A DNA stretch of 62,205 bases, filler included, from Choristocarpus tenellus KU-1152 (taxonomy: Eukaryota > Protista > Phaeophyceae), in NCBI GenBank assembly GCA_964200185.2. It is 11 parts of 11 records of this genome, joined end to end, with 100 filler letters (N's around TTAATTAATTAA, not from the genome) between each part and the next. Parts side by side here need not be neighbours in the genome. Positions count along the whole stretch, not along the records: positions 52,256 to 55,471 come from CAXNAD020021468.1; positions 55,572 to 58,251 come from CAXNAD020025706.1; positions 58,352 to 62,205 come from CAXNAD020017557.1; 8 more parts are not named here. One strand, 5' to 3'. A program made the translations under genes and the position numbers. The notes below the pieces were generated by a model. The model made no database searches and was not told the DNA's origin. It saw nothing but the letters and a program-made list of their open reading frames with translations. Below, in pieces: positions 52,600-62,205 of the stretch. Positions within the stretch are counted from its first letter, which is position 1. The number at the start of each line of letters is the position of its first letter.

Positions 52600-55200
52600 G
52601 AAGTGATGAGATGACTGGTAACAGATGCCAGTTAACCTGTTCACGTCCAGCTCTGACTTGGCATCTCGTGTTTACCAGGTTTATCAATCCTTGCAAATAG
52701 ACTATACATGAATGTTGGTGGATTAGATAAATTAATATACAATTAATCTTATCTCTCAACTCTCCTCGTTTGCATGAGTGGAGACATGCGGTGGTGACAA
52801 GACCGTTATCACCGGGCACATTATATTAGCTTGTGTATGCTAAAGGTGGCTGTTCATTACATCATGTCACGCTTTCATGAAATGGATTTATTGATCATCA
52901 TGAAATGACTAACCCCATCCTCGAACAGAAAAAAAAGGAGACTCGTGTCTACCACCAGGTAAGAGATGGAGACTTAAGGTGAGCCATACATGTTATCTAC
53001 TTATTTTTACGAGTGGCATGACCCCCTGACATGATGTAATGACCGTACAGTCACCTCGTATCGTTTTAGGAGAGTTGAGCCACCAAATTCGTATGTTTGT
53101 CCGAGTTGTCCACTTGGAATATTGTTGTCGTGAGCAATATTTCCAATCGAAGTCAGAATTGAGGAAGGAGAATGGGTGCACACATTTGATCTCTTCGTTT
53201 GCAGCGTTGATTTGATTGCGTAACACGCGATGTTGTTTTCATGCATCGGAGTGGTGATCAAATCATTGTATAACACTTATAGCAATGTCGAGTCACAAAC
53301 ACTAGTCAAATCGTTTTGCTGACATCGTGTATAGCGTTTGCTCCTCGTATCCCCATTCTGAATATATCCTCTGTTTTATACTAGATATTAGAGACCTATA
53401 TGCTGGCCACATATGTCTCTTGCTTCGTCTTTAGGCTGACTGATATGCTGATCCCACACACTCAGACCTCGTTCGCAAGCTTGATTGGTGTGCTGACCAC
53501 ACACCATCAACCTATAGGCTATGTTATCCTGATCAGATAAACATCGTTAGCCTCGTTTATATTCCTTTGCAACACCTGTATGAAGTTGGACACATGATAA
53601 GATGCCAAGAAAGGGTATCCACCGGAAGACTGTAGCAACAATGTGTAGCCAAACATACATACCCACTACTCAAACATACTACATACGCTTGAACAAGAGA
53701 TTTACTTACAGATCCTATCCATCCGAGAACTCAGGTTAGTGGAGTAGAAAAGTAGCTGTACTCGGGAGAACTATACGCAAGTTTGTCCTGCCTGTCAAAA
53801 GCATGCATAACCTTCACAATGTTCGACATTTTCCAAATATTTCCAAATACACATTATAAGCAATGTATATATATTTGTGAGTAGTCCAAAAATTCCGCTG
53901 GTTTTCCAGGATCCTGTTGGCAATATATGTTGAACCTGGCGATAGCAAGAGATAGCGACTTCTCCAATAACTTCTCCTGACACTGTCCCTGAAACAATCG
54001 CAATGGATGATTGAAGATACCAATCCTGCGGTGGTACTGAGCTTCATCCATTCAGATCCCCATGGCCACATATAGGAGACAGGCATGCCCACGTCATTCT
54101 ATTTTACTGTGCTTTTCACCCGTTAATGCAATATGTTCATACCTTGCACGAGAGTGTGATGACCACCTGGGCTGATATTATAGCTAATGAGTCACCCGTT
54201 TTTCTGAGTTGTTTCAACAACCAGGAGATTTTTCCTGACAAAAACCTTTACGACATAAGTATTAGGCAGGCCTCTTTATGTTCGTGTCAGATAGAATCCA
54301 AACTGGGGGAGGGGATAACGTCAGGGACAAGTTCATTTGGAATCTCCAACACATTGATACAAGACAACGCGATGTGAACAATGTGATTTGGTGTGGTTCA
54401 GACGCACAACTGGCTTGTGGTGACCCCGACATGAACGGTGGATTCAAACCAGTAAACCTCCGAATTATAATCTGTGTTTTCTGTTCCTCCTAATGGCAGC
54501 CAATTGCAATGGGGATTGAGGAACATGGCATTCTGATGCTCTCAACCGTTTGCCCAATATACCTTAGCCCCATATCTCACTCCTGTCCTGAACCTCATCT
54601 CTAGTGGTTCTAATCACCCCAAATCACACAGAACTTCGCTGCATGATATTAACACCATCCAGATTAAGCACACAAAATCGTACAATCAATATTAAAATAT
54701 ATCACCAAGCAGTCAGATCTGTACACTCGATGTATGGATATCTTCCCACAGGGCGAATCAGAGCGGAGAGTGGTCAGCACCAGGTTTGTCGTGAAAGCTA
54801 GGCCCTGTTGGATGTTTCAACGCCAGTAATTTTTCAAGCGCAACTTGAACACGAGCAAAATGGACAGGTCTTTGTATACAGGATTTAACACCTGCTTACC
54901 CTGTTTGCCAATTTTGTCTTGTACTATATGTGTAGATGATCGATATTTTGCAACATTTGGTGTCATTTTGCCACACCATTAAAGCCTGTTGAAGCCAACG
55001 GGCGCGCTTGTTTGTAGCTGAAATGGTAGATAGAGAACCATCTTTCTGGCGTGGAGGGGTCACTTCCCATTTCAGATTTGAGCATGGTGGAAAGACAACT
55101 TCTTCTCCATCAATAATTGTGGGATGGTGTTTCATGGTAATTTGCACCGGTCTCGATATGTGGTGGAAGTATTTGGGTGTGTAGAGGAAAAGTGTTGCAG
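52600..55200 (-). mobile_element. Probable highly degenerate Helitron-like Rep/PIF1 helicase relic
   Basis: Ordered, frameshifted motifs: YTPKY (about 55175), LGWIGSVSKS (about 53710, Walker-A-like), HTGVA (about 53575), NEEIKCV (about 53190, Walker-B-like), FGG...GD...LHHVRG (about 53085-53025), QVRAG (about 52655). Each match is weak on its own. Confidence 0.45.
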
Positions 55201-55656
55201 GACACCACAATGTGAGTTATGCACTGTTGTAGGAGAAAGGCTACTTCGGTCTGTAGAAGGTGTACAGCACACGGTATAAAGAGGGTGTATCTTTAGGTTG
55301 AGTATATTTTTTATTATTGAGTATAACATGCATGTAATGATATTTTTCATGTACGTACAAAACTCAAATGATTGAAACTAAGGAAAGATAATTGATTAAT
55401 TGACCCCTATTGTGGAAAGCATGTTTGTCTGTTATTATACCGTATTGCTCGTATGCCATATACCGTTATACNNNNNNNNNNNNNNNNNNNNNNNNNNNNN
55501 NNNNNNNNNNNNNNNTTAATTAATTAANNNNNNNNNNNNNNNNNNNNNNNNNNNNNNNNNNNNNNNNNNNNCCAATCCGTTGGCCTGTGCACCACACCTG
55601 CATCCCCTCTATGCATATTTGTGGTTTGGGGGGGGGGGGGTCTCCATTTCCATCAG

Positions 55657-57578
55657 GCATTTTCGTTACTGAATAATGCTCCAGGCACGTCAGCTGTGGA
55701 TGAAACAACCCCCTTGGCTACTGTGGTGACAAACTGTCTCTACATGACAGGTCTTTTCACTTTCTCTGTCTTCCTGGGTGTGATTGCTTCTGAGATATCA
55801 TCTAAAGTTGATGAGGTAACAAAACCTACTCAAGGTATCCCAAGTACTATTGGTGTACAGTGCATTTGTAGACAAATGTTAAAACATGTTAAAAGTGGAA
55901 AACTCACCAGACCTGAAGAACACAAGAGTGTACCATTGATGTACCATTGGTCGATGCTCCAAGTGTGTTTTGTTTCCTTTGAGGGTGACTGTACACATGA
56001 CTGTACACATGAATAGTCCAAACCTGCCTTTGAGGGTGGATAGTTCAAGAGGTTAAGACAGCATCATTATTTTTTATTGTTTTATAAGTTCCTTCTCGAT
56101 ATTAGTGTTCTTGACTCTGACATATCATGTCCACTACAGTACCATATTATTAATGGCACCTTCACAATGAATGGAAACCTCCAGAGGGGCATAGTCACTA
56201 ATTTTGATGTCCCCATCACTATGCCCAGGGCCTTGACTCATGTATCACTATATGTATAATGTGTATATATAGGGTTAGGGATGGAAATAAGCATCTTGAG
56301 AAGTAACCACGGCATCTATTTCCCTTTGTTTTTTTTATCACTTTACAAATTACCCCAACCCTAACACCTGTCAGAAAATGAAATTGACATTGACTACATC
56401 CCATATTTCATGGCAAACCCTCATCAGTCAAATGGAAGCAAGACCGGTTCTTGTTGAGGGTTAGGGTTAGGGTTAGGAGTGTGAATTACGACTGGGATAC
56501 ACTTTGTGGATTGTTTTCACAGTGGTTGCTTCTTAGTGTTAACTTTCTGTGTTAACGTTTAAGAGTCTAAAGCTGGAAGGCGTTGGTCTTCAATCTTGAC
56601 CTGTTTTTTTATACTGGTGTTGTGTGTTAGTTATGATTAGATGTCTTTTATTCTTTTAAATGCATACTTGATAGGTTGAGAAAGGAAACTTCCGGGTGGT
56701 GGACTCTGGACACACTCTCATCCTCAACTGGAACAGGGAGACAGTGCCCATTCTGCAGCAAATAGCGCTGGCTAAGAGAGAAGGACGCCAAATCAGAGGT
56801 GGGAGGGACATATATACGTGTGTGTGTGTGTGTATGCATATGTATCAAGGAATGTATCTGTCTTACCCATTTGGTAATGATTGTTAATGAGAGGAAAGTG
56901 ACATGCACACCTGGGGTGATACTGCATGTAATTGTAAGAGTGCTATTGTTATTATTATTTTATTAAGTAGTACTTACAGTTATTTTTTTGTAACTGTGTG
57001 AATTGTTCTCTACGATGATGAGTGATGAGTGAAACCATCTACAAGGGGGATTGACTTTGGCCCTTTTTACTCCTTCGTGACCTTTTTTTGAATCTTGTGT
57101 GATACACGCCATCTCCATGCTTGAGATGCAGCTAAACCCTATCCCTAGAAGGGTGTAGAACAGCATCACCTGTCAAAGAACAGCATTCCCATGCCTGTCA
57201 ATTCATTTTTTCACCTGAAAGCACCCTCCACAGTGCTATTATGACATGTGAACCACAAGGAAGTTTATTGATTGATTAATAATATCAACAGATTAATATA
57301 ACTCAACAATCCCTCCCTTTTATTGATTGATGATACTATCAAGAGTATGACATATACACACATGCTATTACCCCTCCCCTCGTACTACTGGTACTACTTT
57401 GTGATGTGTGATATTTGATATGCGATATTTGGTACGTGATATGCGATATTTGATATGCGATGGATGAAGGCAAGCCAGTGGTCGTTCTGGCTGATAAGGA
57501 CAAGGAAGAGATGGATGAAGAAATACGACTTGGCTTCAGTGGAATGGAGTCCGCACCACTGACAGTGATCACTCGAAG
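55657..57578 (+). CDS. CASTOR/POLLUX/DMI1-like cation channel, internal fragment; exons 55657-55815, 56675-56798, 57470-57578
   Basis: TM GLFTFSVFLGVIASEISSKVDE/VEKGNFRVVDSGHTLILNW...ILQQIALA.../GKPVVVLADKDKEEMDEEI...VITR parallels the plant CASTOR/POLLUX TM4-RCK motifs (H.LILGW; VVV.AERDKEEME..I; VICRSG). Confidence 0.85.
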
Positions 57579-57657
57579 GCAAGGTCCTACCTCCTCAATA
57601 TTGTACTATTTAGTAGTGCCTGGTACAAACATTGGTTCTTATATTGGTACAAGAAGT

Positions 57658-57770
57658 GGTACTGTATTTGATGGACACTTTGAAGTACTGTATTTGATGG
57701 ATACTTTGAAGTAGTACTGTATTTGATGGACACTTTGAAGTAGTACTGTATTTGATGGACACTTTGAAGT
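57658..57770. repeat. About 29-bp tandem repeat (GTACTGTATTTGATGGACACTTTGAAGTA) x4
   Basis: Directly visible; intronic. Confidence 0.9.
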
Positions 57771-58370
57771 GCCTGGATCTGCGCTTGGGGTTAGAGGTTA
57801 CTCTTATGTTTGAGAGGAGTGGTTTGTATAGGCATTATGTGAGGCTTGGGACTTTTTTGGGTTACAGTATTATTAATATTGTTGATATTGCAGTTACAGT
57901 TTGAACCGTACTTGAATATATATAATAATGTACTAGTTAGGTTTTACTGAATACCTGGGTGGGTTTATTCATACTTCAAGCAAAGTGTCAAGAAATATGT
58001 GTTGCTTCTTACACCATATCCTTGGATTGGATTGGATTAGTGCTAAAGGTTTGTACTAATTTATTAATTGTATATATAGTGAGAGCCTATTCTAATAATG
58101 TACTAGTCTAGTGTATATTATGCTTCTTCCTGTGTAGGACATTTTCTCAATACACCTGGCGCACACGTGTATTTGAGCTATTTAGTATCAGTTCTTAGTC
58201 CTTTTTTCTCAATACAAAAGTATATATTGTATATTGTATATATTATACCCTNNNNNNNNNNNNNNNNNNNNNNNNNNNNNNNNNNNNNNNNNNNNTTAAT
58301 TAATTAANNNNNNNNNNNNNNNNNNNNNNNNNNNNNNNNNNNNNNNNNNNNGAGCTCAGCGGCTCCTCCC

Positions 58371-58416
<46 letters not shown>

Positions 58417-59119
58417 ATATACTTTCACCCACAATTGACCTGGAAATTGATGAGAAAGCACTTTCTCGTTCTATTAACTCTCTGGTGATAATGGTGATGA
58501 TGATTTCGCGCGTTTCAGTACTTGAAAATTCAACATGGGGATTTTTTTTCACAGGAAGGTGTCTGAAGACAAGCTGGAGGTGAAAGTATATGTGTTGCTG
58601 CTCGCTGCTATATTCTGCGACCTCCTCAAAACAAACGCAGTAGGTGCTCCTAAGAAGTAAAGTAAGCCTCATTTATTCTAGCCAAGGTACTGATATATAT
58701 AGAGAAAGAATGCAAAACTTGAAGATTTTTCTCATTGTAACAAATACTCACACTCATAAATTGCCACCAGGGAGATAAATGTAACCAAAAATCGGCCGCC
58801 ACCGATTTTACGGATAGATCGGAAATTTCCGCCAACCATGTATGGGGGGATCGGCGGAGTAGCACGACATCACATTTTATACTGCCAATATATATATTTA
58901 GTATACACCGTTGACGGTATATTTTCGCTACTTCATACCGCCATCACTTTCTTTCACAGTTATACTATTCCCCTGACTCAATCAATTCTATTTTTCCTTC
59001 AAACTAACTCCATTCATTGATCCAACAACCCTTGTGTTTTCCCTTGGCAAATGTGCTATTTTGGGTGGATTTGTGGGGGGTGACTATTGGGTTGTGCAAC
59101 CAATGTGATGACATGACAG

Positions 59120-60234
59120 GTGTTCAACCGAACCACTAAGAAGATCAGCACTGGCAAGCTCTCCCTGGTCGATTTAGCTGGTTCAGAGAGGGCTGACAAG
59201 ACTGGCGCCACTGCTGACCGGCTAAAGGAGGCCCAGAGTATCAACAAGTCTCTCTCAGCCCTGGGGGATGTAATCTCGGCTCTTTCCACGGGAGAGAAGT
59301 TCATCCCTTATCGAAACAACAAGCTAACACAGGTACAGATAACATAAGTATCTGTGAATTTTGAAATATGTGCCAACCTCAACACCTTGCTTGCTTTTAG
59401 GCAGTTCACATGCGAGCAAGTTCTTATACTCTCAGTGTTTTTCCAGGATCAGTGGTATTTATACAGCATTTTGTTGGGATGTGTGATGCCTGTCTCCTAA
59501 AAAAACAAGTTCACCCTTGCACCACTCTACAGGTGATGCAAGATTCACTTGGAGGAAATGCGAAGACACTGATGTTCGTCAACATATCCCCTGCAGACTA
59601 TAATCAGGAAGAGACACTCACAGCACTACTATATGCTGCTCGAGTGAAGCTAATAGTTAATGATGCCAACAAGCAACAGGTGGGTGGTGATGCCCTCACT
59701 GCTTCCTCTTACCTGACGCCCAGGGCTCTATTTTGCTTGTCTAATGTACTCACGGGAAGCATATCTATGCTTTCAGGCTTTTGTAGAAGCGGTGTTCGCC
59801 CATCTCCCAGCTATAGTAACCTGCACACTCCATCTGTACTTGAATAAAGAAGATCCGTTGAGTCACTGCAGCAAGATGATTCTCCCACCTCTTTGTAATC
59901 GGGAACAGTCTCAAGTAACGTTTCTGTCATCATCTGAACCATACGCAAAGCACATGCCCCACACAATCTCAGGCAGCCGGTCCGTGTTTGGACTCTCCTA
60001 CTAATATTCTAATCCTCGAGCCTTGTATCCCTACACCAAGGGACACACTATCATCATATTATCTTCCCTGCCGATACCCCTCCTCTCCAACTTTGCCCTT
60101 GTCTTGACCCTATCCTGCTGCAGGATGGGGAGGAAGTGTCTCGACTCAAGGCCATTATACAGAAACTGAAACGTGGAGAAGAGATCGATAGCGACGGGGA
60201 GGACGGCCTGCAGACTGCGGAACGGATCAATTGA
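59120..60234 (+). CDS. KCBP: Kinesin-14, KCBP-like C-terminal motor, last three exons 59120-59332, 59533-59679, 60124-60234 (stop)
   Basis: [56 protein letters not shown]. The motor is followed by [25 protein letters not shown], an acidic tail and a stop, as in kinesin-like calmodulin-binding proteins. The kinesin call is secure; KCBP orthology is inferred from the tail only. Confidence 0.92.
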
Positions 60235-61059
60235 CAAAATGGAAAATTAGACATCTTACAGGGAGAGTTAGCTCAGTATCTGTACAGAATCTTACAAAAT
60301 CCGATACTAACGTAGCACTGTGAATAGTGAAACGATGCTTGCAAGTTTTTTTGTGCAGATGAGTGAACTATTAACACCATGGTCGTACCAACATGCTCTT
60401 GGATACAAAAAAGCTCAACTGAGCATTGTCAAATTTCTTCTCGATTTGAAGTTTCCGTAGTGTTGTGAAGTGAACCCCCCTCCCTCAAGCACATTCTAGG
60501 CGTAGATGCTTGAAGATTTCCAAGCTATTTGTATTTCGTGGATAAGGAAAGTGTTCTCATTGGTGGATCTGGAAGGATGACATAAGACACTCTGAAGTGA
60601 AGATGGACAAGCAGCAACTAAGACTCTTGTGCACGTATGTATACTTAGACCCAAAAATGTACAAAATGTAATTTTTTCAACTAGGTCGCAGGAGGACAGA
60701 TGAATTGCTGAAGGATGAACGATGCCCATTGAGAAAAAAACGGAGCAATCTGTACACATGAAAACACAGATAGGTGAACTAAAGCTTAAAGTGTGTGTTC
60801 TTCCTAACCTGCATCCAGATCCAATGACAAGAGATGGTACAGTGGCAGAAAGTTACACCCCTTCAACCTATCTACCATCTAATCTAAGTTGAACTTGTTG
60901 CCATCACTCATACTTCTTCTTTTACTGTAGTAGTTTGACCGCTCAGTTGCCCCTGGTATAAATGGTAGATAGACATAGTGCAGACCTACACATTGCTGCA
61001 CCTCCCTATTTGCCAGGGACACGCGCTCTACCTATTTTATTGATAACTATATGTTTTGA

Positions 61060-61900
61060 GTAAGCATGGTAGGTTTCATGGGATGTGAAGTACAAGCACT
61101 TTCCGAAGAATCAGATATATTGCATGCCTTCCTATGCTCCTACTCTCAAGTGGCTCGTTTTCAACTACTAACCAGTATTGAGGGGACTCTCAAAAGACCT
61201 CGACCTCTATATGCGCATGCACTAAAATACTCTCCAATAATATCCAAGTGCATGCTTGCAATGGTTCAGGAGTCCAACTTTGGGTTTTGACTCTATTTCT
61301 CTCTGAAGTGCTCTAAGCCCCTAAACGTTTTCGGATCAGACAAGATTGGGAAAATAACTCCAATAGCCAGCGTCAACGACAGATGTACATGAAACCTCGA
61401 TCTGGGTCTACAAGCTCAACCACTGTGACTGCGTAGTGCAGATATTCTCCTCCCCTCTTTTCCCTCAGCACAGCCCCAGGTTTACACTGGCACAAACCAC
61501 TCTTTATTCCTTTCCTCCTGGAGCTGCTGGAGCACATAACCTACTAACTACTAACTGGCTGGGCTTTTCCCACCAGCACACACACACCCTGTTACCCACG
61601 CAGGCCTGCAGTAACCCATCCTGATCACAGAAGATGCACAATACGCTGTTGTGGTTATAGCAAGTGAGGCACTGGAATGCATAACGGGAGGATTGTCGCT
61701 TGACATCAATGTGTCGATTGTCGCAACACATTGGTCGCTGTGTGTGAGAGACTACTCCCTTGTCAGCTGGAATCAGACAAGGCGTGATGAATTGGATTGC
61801 AGTGTGACTAAGCACACCAGAGGATATGGATGGAAGGGACATACAGGAGAGAAAGAGAGCCCTCGCCAAAATTCATCCAAGACATGGATACGAAAAACAA
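61060..61900 (+). mobile_element. Possible non-LTR (LINE) relic
   Basis: ITEDAQYAVVVIASEALECITGGLSLDI resembles the post-RT I.GA......ALE...G..PL.I segment of LINE ORF2. No RT core was recognised. Confidence 0.3.
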
Positions 61901-62205
61901 CACAAATTTAACGCCTTCTGCACTCCCACCTTTGTACCTCTGGTTGTGTAGATTAGGGTGTGGAGATCCAACCTCATATCATCAACATCTTCTGCATGTT
62001 GTTACACCCCGGTCTTGTCCATTTTCGAGTGTAAGGTAGTAGTTCGCAGAAGAGCTCGCCTATTGTTATTTAAGAAAGTTCTAGATTTAAGTTTCCAAAG
62101 ATAAATTGAGCATGTTTAGAGGTCACAAAAAACATTTAACAGCCGATTTCAAAAATTGAGGATGGGCTTGACCCAAAATTGACTGGGATAAAGTGTCGAT
62201 ATGTT

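Noticed and set aside
57658-57770. CRISPR-like 29-bp repeats
   Set aside because: No spacers; a simple intronic tandem repeat.
55572-60234. Calcium-signalling cluster (CASTOR/POLLUX-like channel next to a calmodulin-binding kinesin)
   Set aside because: The two genes are on different contigs separated by an artificial linker.
1-62205. tRNA/rRNA genes, prokaryotic operons or endogenous giant-virus genes
   Set aside because: None recognised by eye. tRNAscan-SE, Infernal and NCLDV marker HMM searches would be needed to exclude them formally.

Overview
This window is eukaryotic, intron-rich DNA and is not one continuous locus. Eleven short contigs are joined by ten identical 100-bp linkers (44 N + TTAATTAATTAA + 44 N), so adjacency across a linker has no biological meaning. 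The gene content, intron style and TTAGGG repeats suggest a stramenopile, probably a brown alga or relative (inference). Manual splicing recovers partial genes for a WD40-repeat protein, a coiled-coil protein, an acidic disordered protein, a BioD-like/AAA_26 P-loop protein, a SPRY protein head-to-head with seipin, a tandem Tudor/MBT-like protein, a JmjC dioxygenase, a CASTOR/POLLUX-like channel and a KCBP-like kinesin-14. Mobile DNA includes two hAT-like non-autonomous elements, two decayed mariner-like elements, a G-tract MITE family, and Gypsy, Copia, probable Helitron and possible LINE relics. I found no prokaryotic operon, CRISPR array or clear novel multi-gene system. The most unusual candidates are a SPRY/seipin pair whose predicted start codons overlap in one CCATGG palindrome, a CASTOR/POLLUX-like channel with a non-canonical pore segment, several GC-AG donors, and a MITE family whose termini coincide with contig breaks. 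All exon models are manual and unverified.
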